This document shows positions 37,316-45,688 of a DNA stretch of 54,486 bases, piece after piece (within the stretch, counting starts at the first letter, position 1; each line of letters opens with the position of its first letter). The DNA comes from an uncultured Candidatus Saccharibacteria bacterium (GTDB lineage: Bacteria; Patescibacteriota; Minisyncoccia; Phycocordibacterales; UBA2100). The stretch spans positions 22,430 to 76,915 of the forward strand of contig CAYIDD010000003.1 in the NCBI GenBank assembly GCA_964362175.1. The letters run 5' to 3'. The position numbers and the translations under genes were made by a program. Under the pieces are notes generated by a model, which was given only the letters and a program-made list of their open reading frames with translations, was not told where the DNA came from and made no database searches.

Positions 37316-37575
37316 CAGCCATTCCTATATCTCCCAGAAAGGGCTAATATGGCTGGACACACCCAATATGGGAGCGACAGCTCCAAAGACCTAAACTTCG
37401 GCGACGAGGCATGGTCTAAAAGTCGGATAAGGCGCAGAGAACCCGTCATGTGGTTGCCTTATCCGCCGTATCGGGAAACCGGTGCGTTCGCGCAAGCGAA
37501 GACCCGTGGCGGGCTTTGTGCTTTCGAGAAGCATGGGCTCGCTAGGTTTATCCGTTAGAAATCTAGCAGTCCGGT

Positions 37576-37905
37576 ATGACATTCATCGGTGCATTTTTGG
37601 CCGCGTTGGTATTGATATATATTTTGAGCGTCTTCACGTGGCGAGGATTACTTTTGGCCGGATTCTGTGCCCTAATTTTTATGGCTTTGGGTATCGGCCC
37701 CGGTATCTTCGTCTTGGCATTACTAGCCGCACTCGCCTTCGTCTGCTACGCCGTCGTGTACTTCATCAAATGGCTTTTTGCTGAAAAGCCTGTCGAGCGA
37801 ACACAGGAAGAGAAAGATAAGATGGCCGAAGTGATGGCCGGTCTAGAGCTCGAACATGGAATTGGAAGAGATTCTAGGGAGTACTCTCGACCAGAAGACG
37901 AATAA
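37576..37905 (+). CDS. small 3-TM membrane protein with an acidic tail
   Basis: Three hydrophobic helices in the first ~70 aa, followed by a charged C-terminus. Confidence 0.55.
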   Translation: MTFIGAFLAALVLIYILSVFTWRGLLLAGFCALIFMALGIGPGIFVLALLAALAFVCYAVVYFIKWLFAEKPVERTQEEKDKMAEVMAGLELEHGIGRDSREYSRPEDE

Positions 37906-37970
37906 AAAGGCTCGCGCAACAACGAGGGGAAGCCGTTGATATTTCATGAAAACAGGAATACTCTGCCCCT

Positions 37971-39620
37971 ATGGCAGAGAATCCCGCAGGCTTTACTTTC
38001 AGTCTCTCCCTGAGTGTCCTTAATCACTTGGGTCGGAATCTATATCGTAGCTTCACCACAGTTCTCGGCGAAGCCATTTCAAACTCTTGGGATGCTGACG
38101 CAAAGGATGTTTGGGTATACATCGACAAAAAGCAGAACAATCTAATCGTCAAAGACAACGGCGTAGGGATGGATGCACTCGATTTTCAAAACAAGTTCCT
38201 CAAGATCGGCTACTCCAAGCGCAAAGATGGCAAAGCCGTATCGGCAAAGAAAAGGCCGTTCATCGGACGCAAAGGAATCGGGAAACTCGCACTACTTTCT
38301 TGTGCCGCTCGCATAACGGTAATTTCAAAAGTAAAAGGTGGTGATTATGTCGGTGGCGTGATCGACAATACGGGCCTCGACAAGGCAATCACGGACGACA
38401 TGTCTCCTCAGGAATATTCTCTCGAAGGGGCGGACATGGCGGCACTGAAGAAGTACACCGACGACCATAAGCACGGAACAATCATTCGATTCGAAGGCAT
38501 ACACGAGGGCATCAAACCGCACTTTGGATTTTTGAATAAGGTCGTCGCGCTCTATTTCCGATTTTCGCTCATAGACGGCTCTTTCAAGATCCACATAAAC
38601 GACGAAACAATCACCCACAGACATCTCGAAGAACTGGCGAAGAAGACGCAGTTCGTATGGCACACGCAAGGACTCAAAGACCCATTTCTCAGCAGAGGAC
38701 TCAAGAACGCGAAAGAAAAGAGAACCATAACGCTTGGGAAGGGAGTGCGCGGCTTCATCGCGTCCGTTGAGACGCCTAAAGACCTGAGCATCTACTCCAC
38801 CGGAGAACGAGTGAGCATTGACTTGTTCGTAAACGGCAGATTACGGGAAACCGACATCGTAAAACACCTCTCTATTGCGAAAGTCGCGGAGAATTATCTA
38901 TACGGTCAGATACACATCGACGACCTCGATGGGTCTGTCGATCGCTTTACTACAAGTCGCGAAGGAATTATTGCTGACGATCAGAAATATGAGGCGCATC
39001 TGAAGACCTTCAGAAAAGCTCTCGATAAAATCATTCGCGAATGGGACGTTCTTCGTCGCAAATACAGACTCGACGGGAATCCCGAAGACCCCATCTTATC
39101 GAAAAGGGAACGGAAATCAGGTGAGCTCTATAACGTGGTCGCCGGTGAATACAACCCGCCAAAGAAAGGGAGGAAGCCTAATCTGGTTGACGGCTGGGTC
39201 AACGACCTGGCGGAGGACGCACGTTTCAATTTCGGTTCGTATGCTGAATGCTTTATGTCGGAGAACCTGATCAGGAAGCTTGCGCAGAAAAAGAAAATCT
39301 CGCTGTCGAAAGAAGCGAAAGAAGAAGTCGCCAAGTGGAAGAAAGTTGAGAAAGAAATGAAGGGCAAAGGCAATCTCAGTATCGGTATAAGACAAGCGAG
39401 TTCCGATCTGGGATACTTGTCGATGAGCCACCTCGCGAATCTTGTCGACAAGAAAGATCCCGCAAAAGAAGCGTGTCTGGCTCGTGACGCGAACGAATAC
39501 CGCCCGATTAGAGACGCTCTTGCGCACACGGCACTTTTGACCGACGTTGCAAAGAAGAAGCTCACGAGCGTATTCGAGAATGTCAGGGGGCGTGTTCAGA
39601 CTCTGATTGCGGGCAAATAA
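37971..39620 (+). CDS. GHKL (MORC/HATPase_c_3-type) ATPase with a C-terminal HEPN-like Rx4H domain
   Basis: N-box LGEAISNSWDA, G1 VKDNGVGMD, G2 GRKGIGKLALLS and GTIIRF. The C-terminal YRPIRDALAHT contains R514-x4-H519 (nt 39510-39527). Confidence 0.7.
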   Translation: MAENPAGFTFSLSLSVLNHLGRNLYRSFTTVLGEAISNSWDADAKDVWVYIDKKQNNLIVKDNGVGMDALDFQNKFLKIGYSKRKDGKAVSAKKRPFIGRKGIGKLALLSCAARITVISKVKGGDYVGGVIDNTGLDKAITDDMSPQEYSLEGADMAALKKYTDDHKHGTIIRFEGIHEGIKPHFGFLNKVVALYFRFSLIDGSFKIHINDETITHRHLEELAKKTQFVWHTQGLKDPFLSRGLKNAKEKRTITLGKGVRGFIASVETPKDLSIYSTGERVSIDLFVNGRLRETDIVKHLSIAKVAENYLYGQIHIDDLDGSVDRFTTSREGIIADDQKYEAHLKTFRKALDKIIREWDVLRRKYRLDGNPEDPILSKRERKSGELYNVVAGEYNPPKKGRKPNLVDGWVNDLAEDARFNFGSYAECFMSENLIRKLAQKKKISLSKEAKEEVAKWKKVEKEMKGKGNLSIGIRQASSDLGYLSMSHLANLVDKKDPAKEACLARDANEYRPIRDALAHTALLTDVAKKKLTSVFENVRGRVQTLIAGK

Positions 39621-39625
39621 CGACT

Positions 39626-40144
39626 ATGCGTAAATACAACAGCAAGGACGCCTATAATTTCTACAAGAAGTTTATTTACAACGAGGAGAAACAGTCTCTC
39701 TTTAAGCAGCACAACTTGCCGATAGCTGGCAGCATCCCATCAATCGACTGGGAGCTTTTCGGTGCCATCCTCACGGGAGATGACCATAAAACCAGGTACG
39801 GCTCGGACTTGGAACACCACGAGATCAAGTCATCGGTGGGAGTATCGAGTTTTGAGTATCAATATCACTTGCACGGCGGTATTCAAAAGTTGGCCGACGA
39901 CATGAAAGTAGACCACATATTTATTTCCTACAGTCCCGACTACAAGAATATTGAGGTTCGGATGATTGAAGGCGCCGCCCTAAAAGAGAAGTTTGAAAGC
40001 TGGCTTCCAGGATTGAAGGCCAATTACGAAGGGGCGAACCGCAAACAAAGATACCGCCGTAGCATTGCCTACGGGATAGTGAAAAGAATCGGAAAAACTA
40101 TAATGAAAGTTGAGGGCGGCGAGCTGACGGGACTTCTAGAGTAG
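39626..40144 (+). CDS. putative restriction endonuclease (weak PD-(D/E)xK signature)
   Basis: TGDD(51-53)...GSDLEHHEIK(61-68) could supply a D...ExK site. It starts 5 nt after the GHKL gene and is convergent with, and overlaps by 47 nt, the methyltransferase gene. Confidence 0.4.
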   Translation: MRKYNSKDAYNFYKKFIYNEEKQSLFKQHNLPIAGSIPSIDWELFGAILTGDDHKTRYGSDLEHHEIKSSVGVSSFEYQYHLHGGIQKLADDMKVDHIFISYSPDYKNIEVRMIEGAALKEKFESWLPGLKANYEGANRKQRYRRSIAYGIVKRIGKTIMKVEGGELTGLLE

Positions 40145-41270
40145 GTTGTAGGAACGGGTTCAGATAGTGCTTTCCTATCCATTCTAGAGCAGGGACACAC
40201 ACGGCGTCGCCAAAACCAAATAGGACCTGGTTCAGTGAGAGCGTCGAATCAATTTTGAAGTCGCCAGCGCCCATTAGACGCGCTGCCTCCTTTTCATTTA
40301 TGAGCCGCGCATCGAATCGATTGCGTCCCACTCGGACTATGATTTGCCGCGCGCTCCCGCCTTTAGGGGTACGAAGACAGCCAGCAATTCCGTCTGTCCT
40401 GAGTTCGGCGGTAGATTGAGAAGTGCCGTCGCGCAAGCGCATGCGCCTGAAAGCCGAGTAGTATGAGTATTTCCTTTGTGCCATCTGGCTATCGATCAAT
40501 TCGCGATGATGGCTGTGCATCTGGTCGTATAGGTATTGTGACCTATCCTCAGTCCACCACTGTGCTGTGTAATCTACGATGTCTTCCAATACCGAGTTCC
40601 GCTTTGGTAAGTTTGGCAGCTGTTGGAAGAACCACCGGAGATCGCGGTTCTTGACGATGAAGTCGATTATCTTTTGCGGCCTAGCGTCAGAGCTTCTCAT
40701 TTGATACTCCTGCATGAGGTCGTCGCGGTCTACTTTCCCGATAACACTTCCGTGCACGCCCACCATAAATAGCCGTACTCTGCTCTGTGGTACGAAGTTT
40801 GACGCATCTACTCTTAGCAAGTCTACGTGATAGCCGAGATCGTTGAGGGTTCTGAGTACTAGGCGAAGGTCGTTTCCGTCGTCAGATGTGAGAAGTCCCT
40901 CTACGTTCTCCAATAATACGAAAGGGGGTGACGTTTTCATCTCATTTAAAATCCTAGCGAAGTGCCAAAAAGCGGATGACTCGCCTTTGTGAATACCTCC
41001 TCGCGCGCCTGCGACAGATAGATCTGTGCATGGGAACGAAGCATGCGCCAACATCACGCACGGCACATTCGCGCCCTGTGTCTGTGCGATATCCTCCGTG
41101 AGATAGTGACCTTCGCCGAAATGATTGTTGTAAGCTGCCGCCTTGTCCTTGTCGTAATCAAGTGCATACACAGTTTTCCAACCGGCACGCTCAAGCCCCA
41201 TGCTGACTAGACCGATCCCTGCGAAGAAGTCGGCTACTGTCCTGCTCTCAAAATTAAGCATCCGACGCAT
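40098..41270 (-). CDS. DNA (cytosine-5)-methyltransferase
   Basis: Motif I DFFAGIGL, motif IV SFPCTDLS, motif VI LLENV, motif VIII QSRVRLF, motif X-like GFGDAV. Confidence 0.92.
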   Translation of the reverse strand: MRRMLNFESRTVADFFAGIGLVSMGLERAGWKTVYALDYDKDKAAAYNNHFGEGHYLTEDIAQTQGANVPCVMLAHASFPCTDLSVAGARGGIHKGESSAFWHFARILNEMKTSPPFVLLENVEGLLTSDDGNDLRLVLRTLNDLGYHVDLLRVDASNFVPQSRVRLFMVGVHGSVIGKVDRDDLMQEYQMRSSDARPQKIIDFIVKNRDLRWFFQQLPNLPKRNSVLEDIVDYTAQWWTEDRSQYLYDQMHSHHRELIDSQMAQRKYSYYSAFRRMRLRDGTSQSTAELRTDGIAGCLRTPKGGSARQIIVRVGRNRFDARLINEKEAARLMGAGDFKIDSTLSLNQVLFGFGDAVCVPALEWIGKHYLNPFLQPTLEVPSARRPQLSL

Positions 41271-41391
41271 TTAGTTAATTGTACCGCACGCATGCGAACG
41301 TTTGGTGAACGGTGTGTACATCAAACGCTTGGTATTGCGGGATTTGCGAACGGCGAGGGCGTAGAAAGTGAGGTTCTAACGTCGTACAATA

Positions 41392-41401
41392 GGGCGGACC
41401 A
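41392..41401 (+). other. displaced 3' terminus of tRNA-Lys (putative attR core plus CCA)
   Basis: gggcgg-a-cca is followed 3 nt later by aggaaattgcaag. The same flank follows the CCA of tRNA-Arg(UCU) at 53466. Confidence 0.55.
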
Positions 41402-41478
41402 GACAGGAAATTGCAAGCCGGAAAGAGCCGCCTCGCTTCGCTCGGCGGCGCGGCAGGTTCGGGCTATTTCAAGTATTT
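41402..41478 (+). repeat. intergenic repeat family, copy A
   Basis: aggaaattgcaag..gccgcctcgc..ggcggcg..caggttcgggctatttcaagtattt. The 5' part is shared with copy B and the 3' part with copy C. Confidence 0.6.
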
Positions 41479-41493
41479 ATTCGGGACTAAAGA

Positions 41494-41841
41494 CTAAAGC
41501 GGCAGATCGAACGAGAGGGCACCGGGGCCAGTGACGACAAGGGAGATCGCCATTACAAGGGCCAAAAGTGCGGTACCGAATGCGACGGCGCGCAAACGCG
41601 GTAAGGCAAGTTCTGCAATAAGTATCATGCTTGCGCCGAGTGCGGCGGGCTGCGTCCATGCTCCTACCCCGATCGCTACGGCCGCTGCAATTTCGAGTGC
41701 GCCGAGCGTACGTTTGCTTGTGTCAGCGTCGGAAGAGAAGTGGCGCCAAGCGGAGTATGCCAGTGTGAATGCGAGCGCGACACGAAAGAAAAAGACCGAG
41801 AATGGTGCCAGGAAGAGAATGTCTGGGAAGAATGAAAGCAT
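41494..41841 (-). CDS. DoxX-like small membrane protein
   Basis: 115 aa with 3-4 TM helices. The pattern RVALAFTLAYSAWRH...ALGASMIL..E is similar to the DoxX family. Confidence 0.55.
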   Translation of the reverse strand: MLSFFPDILFLAPFSVFFFRVALAFTLAYSAWRHFSSDADTSKRTLGALEIAAAVAIGVGAWTQPAALGASMILIAELALPRLRAVAFGTALLALVMAISLVVTGPGALSFDLPL

Positions 41842-41877
41842 GCGACGATTATATCATCCCTGTGATATGGTGCCGAC

Positions 41878-42345
41878 ATGAAGGAGGTGGCCGTATTGCT
41901 CCACAATGTCCGGAGTTCTCACAACGTCGGTTCGATATTCCGTACAGCAGACGCGGCGGGTGTTTCCCACATGTATCTGTCGGGATACACGCCGCGTCCC
42001 GTCGATCGATTCGGGCGCGTGCAGAAGGGGATAGCCAAAACCGCGCTCGGTGCGGAGCGTTATATCCCATGGGAATACAACAAGACTCCCGATGCTTTTT
42101 TATCGCGCTTGAAAAAGGAAGGCTGGACGATCGTCGGTGTCGAACAGGATGCGCGGGCGCGGGATTATCGTGCGTTCAGAACAAAAAAGCTGGTGCTGTT
42201 TATTTTCGGCAACGAGGTACGCGGCGTCTCGCGAGAGATTCGTCGTCGATGCGATGCTCTGATAGAAATTCCCATGCACGGGAAGAAAGAGTCGCTCAAT
42301 GTATCGGTGGCCGCAGGAATTATTTTGTTCAATGCTGTTCAGTAG
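41878..42345 (+). CDS. SpoU/TrmH-family RNA 2'-O-methyltransferase
   Basis: NVGSIFRTADAAGV, LFIFGNEVRGVS and IPMHGKKESLNVSVAAGIILF motifs. Confidence 0.85.
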   Translation: MKEVAVLLHNVRSSHNVGSIFRTADAAGVSHMYLSGYTPRPVDRFGRVQKGIAKTALGAERYIPWEYNKTPDAFLSRLKKEGWTIVGVEQDARARDYRAFRTKKLVLFIFGNEVRGVSREIRRRCDALIEIPMHGKKESLNVSVAAGIILFNAVQ

Positions 42346-43334
42346 GTGAACACGTCGACGATCTGTCCCTGATCATCAAGCAGGCGGATCACATCGTGCG
42401 TGTTCCGCCACAATTCTGTGCGGAACCCCAAGTAGACGCGCCACGAGGGAAGTCTGAACGTTGGATCATTGCGGTGTATGTTCGTGCAACCATTGTACGA
42501 GAAATTGTTGGCGATGAATGAGCGGCACGCGGGGGAAAGTGTGGCGGGAACGGTCGGAGGGAAGTGGCATGACTGAAGTGTACGTATGTAATCAATGCAG
42601 TTGTCGCCGTAGATGCGGATGTTGTCGGCCGTTACGGGCATTGCTTCTGACGGTGAGGGGCATTCCGCGGAGAGTTCGGGCGTGAAAGATTGGAGTTCGT
42701 TGAGGTATCCCGTGCATATATTTTCCTGGAACGATGTGCCGACGGGGGAGGTGCCTGTGAGAACGGTGGCTGACGCGCCGGGTTCAAGGGAGATCGATTG
42801 TACATTGTTTACGACACCGAGCATGAAGTGCGGTGCTCCGAGAGGGATGTTCACGCGCAGTCCGGAAACCGCGCTTTGCAGGAACCAACCCGCAAGCGAG
42901 ATCGGGACGCTATTGTTGGGCGGTGCAGCAAGTCCTACGTATTCCCCCGCGGTGTCACTCTCAGTCGCGTTGCTGTCGGTAATCATGACCTTTCCCACAT
43001 ACGGTGAGGGATCGCCGAATGTCTGCGCTTTTGCGATGTCCGGCCCGTATTGCGCTTCGATGGCGGCACGCTCTTCTTCCTGCGTATCCTGATTGATGCG
43101 ATCTGCTTCGCCCACGTAGTCTGAAATATCCGGTCCGCGCGTGAGAGAATCGGATTGCCACGGCAAGGTGATCGCCATGCCGGTGGAACTGCCGTTGCCG
43201 AGGATGATATTAACGGGATTTACGAAATCTTTGGCGGTGCGAGCGGCGGCCGATAGGCCGCCGCTCCAGAGCCAAAAGATAATGAGGGCGATAATGAAGA
43301 TGGAAAGCGAGATGACAAGGACCCGTTTGATCAT
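42339..43334 (-). CDS. membrane-anchored hypothetical protein, possible lamin-tail-like domain
   Basis: N-terminal TM helix. GEYVGLAAPPNNSVPISLAGWFLQS resembles the LTD pattern EYVEL.N....V.L.GW.L. Confidence 0.45.
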   Translation of the reverse strand: MIKRVLVISLSIFIIALIIFWLWSGGLSAAARTAKDFVNPVNIILGNGSSTGMAITLPWQSDSLTRGPDISDYVGEADRINQDTQEEERAAIEAQYGPDIAKAQTFGDPSPYVGKVMITDSNATESDTAGEYVGLAAPPNNSVPISLAGWFLQSAVSGLRVNIPLGAPHFMLGVVNNVQSISLEPGASATVLTGTSPVGTSFQENICTGYLNELQSFTPELSAECPSPSEAMPVTADNIRIYGDNCIDYIRTLQSCHFPPTVPATLSPACRSFIANNFSYNGCTNIHRNDPTFRLPSWRVYLGFRTELWRNTHDVIRLLDDQGQIVDVFTY

Positions 43335-43378
43335 ACGGATCTTGTCTGCGAGCGTAGCAAGTAGCTAGAAAATCGAGC

Positions 43379-43477
43379 ACCCGGCACCTTTTCGAAAAAA
43401 CGGGACCTCATATCGGTTTTGAATAGAAGCACACTCATTGTACCACTCGGGATTGTCGTGCGGAAAAGGTGCCGGGT
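43379..43477. repeat. 99-nt element with 14-bp perfect terminal inverted repeats
   Basis: acccggcacctttt (43379-43392) pairs with aaaaggtgccgggt (43464-43477). It lies between the Mur ligase stop and the next minus-strand gene start. Confidence 0.65.
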
Positions 43478-43491
43478 AACAGATCTCTGAT

Positions 43492-44745
43492 TCACGTCGT
43501 TCGTAAGAGCTTTGTTAGTTCTTCGCGGGCGATATCGGCATCACTCCACGGGATCTTCTCGCCGCGCGGCCCGCAAATGCACGGATCGGTACCTTTGCCG
43601 GTGATGAGGACCGCATCTCCCGTATGTGCGAGCTCAAGTCCGCGCCGTATGGCCGCGCGGCGATCCATGATGATCTCCGGCGCGCGCTTCATGCCTTCGG
43701 CGAGCGCGTCGACGATCGCGCGCGGGTCTTCGTCGTACGGATCTTCGTTGGCGAGAATGACCCGGTCACAGTGAGTATCGGCAAGACTTCCCATGACGGG
43801 ACGTTTCCACGTATCACGCCCCCCGCCCGTTGCCCCCATGACGCAGATCTTTCGTGTGCTCTTGTACGCGTCATACAGTGCCTCAAGCGAATCGGGCGTG
43901 TGCGCGTAATCGATGACGACAGCGAAATCTTGCCCCGCTTCCACCCGCTCCGCGCGACCGGGAATGCGCGCGACGTTCTCAAGCGCACGTGCGATCACCG
44001 GAGATGCAATACCAAATGCGTGTGCCACGGTAGCGGCAGCAAGCGCGTTCTTGAGCGAGAATTCTCCGGGAAGACGCATCGTAATCCTCGTGCCCCCGAA
44101 CGTAAAATATCCACCACGCTCATCGGCAAACCACGGCAAATGTCGGGTAAGTGAAAAGGGGAGTGAGCATTCAACGGGCAGTGCCAGATACCGACCGCTC
44201 TCCTCGTCGTCGGCATTCGCCACAATGATGCGGGGGCGCTTTCGTGATCGCACGAGCTGACGTCCGATCTCGAACTTGGCATTCGCATACGCTTCGTACG
44301 AGCCATGCGATTCGATGTGTTCGGGCGCAAGGTTGGTAAAGACGAGCGCGTCGAACTCAATAGCGCGGTGGCGGTATTGCTTCGCGCCTTCCGAAGTCAT
44401 CTCAAGGATCGCGACCGTACATTTTTTGTTGAGCGCGTTGCGGAGGAAACGTTGGATAAAAAATCTTCCCGGCATCGACATCCGCATCGTATTCGGCGCT
44501 GTATCTCCCCCGATCTTGATGCGGATTGAGTTGAGAAGCGCCGTTGCATGACCCGCTTCTTCAAAGATCGCGCTGATGAGTTCGGTTGTCGATGACTTTC
44601 CTTTTGTGCCCGTAACGGCGATGAGGGTGAGTTTGCGGGAGGGGAATCCGTATCGCAGAGCGCCGATGTGCGCAAGAGCAAAATGGTACGCAGATACCAC
44701 GAATGCAGGTGTCACCTTTTTCAAAAATCTTTTCACGTGTGCCAT
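43492..44745 (-). CDS. Mur ligase family protein (MurE-like, short N-terminus)
   Basis: ATP-binding VTGTKGKSST, DYAHTPDSL, and a C-terminal domain with GKGTD. Confidence 0.85.
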   Translation of the reverse strand: MAHVKRFLKKVTPAFVVSAYHFALAHIGALRYGFPSRKLTLIAVTGTKGKSSTTELISAIFEEAGHATALLNSIRIKIGGDTAPNTMRMSMPGRFFIQRFLRNALNKKCTVAILEMTSEGAKQYRHRAIEFDALVFTNLAPEHIESHGSYEAYANAKFEIGRQLVRSRKRPRIIVANADDEESGRYLALPVECSLPFSLTRHLPWFADERGGYFTFGGTRITMRLPGEFSLKNALAAATVAHAFGIASPVIARALENVARIPGRAERVEAGQDFAVVIDYAHTPDSLEALYDAYKSTRKICVMGATGGGRDTWKRPVMGSLADTHCDRVILANEDPYDEDPRAIVDALAEGMKRAPEIIMDRRAAIRRGLELAHTGDAVLITGKGTDPCICGPRGEKIPWSDADIAREELTKLLRTT

Positions 44746-44750
44746 TGGCG

Positions 44751-45323
44751 TTATTTTCTGCCGAGAAGGCGCAGGGCTTCGCGCAAGCGCTCGCTCGAAT
44801 GCTCTATCTCGCGCGGTACTTTCCGCAGCGCATCGCGCGCCTCGGCCTGGGAGTATCCGAGCGCACGCATCGCTTCGAGCGCCTCTCCATCGCCCTTGAG
44901 CGCTGCCGCAGCCCCCTCGGTCGATGCACCTACTTTTTCCTGCAACTCAAGCACGATCTTTTCCGCGGTCTTTCTCCCGATGCCGGAGACTTTCGTCAGG
45001 TACGACGCGTTGCCTCCCGCGATCGCACTGCGCAACGTTTCGACCGTCGCGATATCGAGAATAGCGAGCGCGGATTTTGGTCCGATACCCGAGACGGTGA
45101 GCAGGAGTTCGAACAGCCGGAGTTCCTCCTCAGAAACGAACCCGTACAGATCAAGGGCGTTTTCCCGTACGGCCAGATGGGTCCAGAATGCGGCGTCCTT
45201 TTCGGGTTTCAGTGTAGCGAGTATCTCGCGCGTCATTGACACCTTGTATCCGACACCTCCCGCCGAAATTATCGCAAATCCGGTGCGTACTGCCGACACG
45301 GTGCCCTCCAAATGTCCGATCAT
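44751..45323 (-). CDS. ruvA: Holliday junction DNA-binding protein RuvA
   Basis: MIGHLEGTV start at ATG 45323, with HhH motifs GIGPKSA and VSGIGRKTAEKI. Confidence 0.9.
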   Translation of the reverse strand: MIGHLEGTVSAVRTGFAIISAGGVGYKVSMTREILATLKPEKDAAFWTHLAVRENALDLYGFVSEEELRLFELLLTVSGIGPKSALAILDIATVETLRSAIAGGNASYLTKVSGIGRKTAEKIVLELQEKVGASTEGAAAALKGDGEALEAMRALGYSQAEARDALRKVPREIEHSSERLREALRLLGRK

Positions 45324-45380
45324 GTGCCCATCATAGCGCAATTTGCACCGTCCCCGCATCTCGTGTACTATGCGCGCGAA

Positions 45381-45644
45381 ATGGCAAACACGAGTTCGGC
45401 AAAGAAGGCACAACGGGTGGCAGAGCGCCGCCGTGTAATTAATGTGCGTCACAAAAAGACGGTCAAGGATGCCTCCAAGCAGCTTGAAAAGCTTGTTGCG
45501 ACAAAGAACGCAAAACAGTCTGCTGCCGCGCTCTCTGCTCTCTATCAGGCAATCGACAAAGCTGTGAAGACGGGAATTCTCAAGAAAAACACCGCTGCGC
45601 GGATGAAGTCCCGGGCCGCAAAGCAGGTGAGGTCCGTCTCCTAG
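45381..45644 (+). CDS. rpsT: 30S ribosomal protein S20
   Basis: MANTSSAKKAQRVAERRRVINVRHKK from the ATG at 45381. Confidence 0.9.
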   Translation: MANTSSAKKAQRVAERRRVINVRHKKTVKDASKQLEKLVATKNAKQSAAALSALYQAIDKAVKTGILKKNTAARMKSRAAKQVRSVS

Positions 45645-45688
45645 GGGATGAGGTTCCAGTAGGGATCGTCTCTTGCCGTTACGTTTTG

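Larger units (their letters stand above)
32557..41399. mobile_element. ~8.8-kb integrative island in the 3' end of tRNA-Lys
   Basis: The core gggcggac occurs at 32557-32564 (inside the tRNA) and again at 41392-41399, where it is followed by CCA. The island holds a serine recombinase at the left edge, a replication module and a defence-type cargo. By eye it is more A/T- and Lys-rich than its flanks. Confidence 0.65.

Noticed and set aside
41292-41534. An 80-aa plus-strand ORF, and the idea that caggttcgggct (41454-41465) is a tRNA pseudogene T-arm.
   Set aside because: No cloverleaf can be drawn around it. Similarity to tRNA-Lys is limited to 8-10 nt, and the same motif recurs in repeat copy C. 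The ORF spans attR and the repeat and is Arg/Gly-rich.
41769-42521. A 250-aa plus-strand ORF overlapping the SpoU methyltransferase gene in another frame.
   Set aside because: The 41878-42345 frame carries all SpoU motifs, while the 250-aa frame is Arg-rich and motif-less.
44668-45336. 222-aa and 178-aa plus-strand ORFs antisense to ruvA.
   Set aside because: RuvA motifs (HhH pairs) are unambiguous on the minus strand. The plus frames are Ser/Arg-rich shadows.
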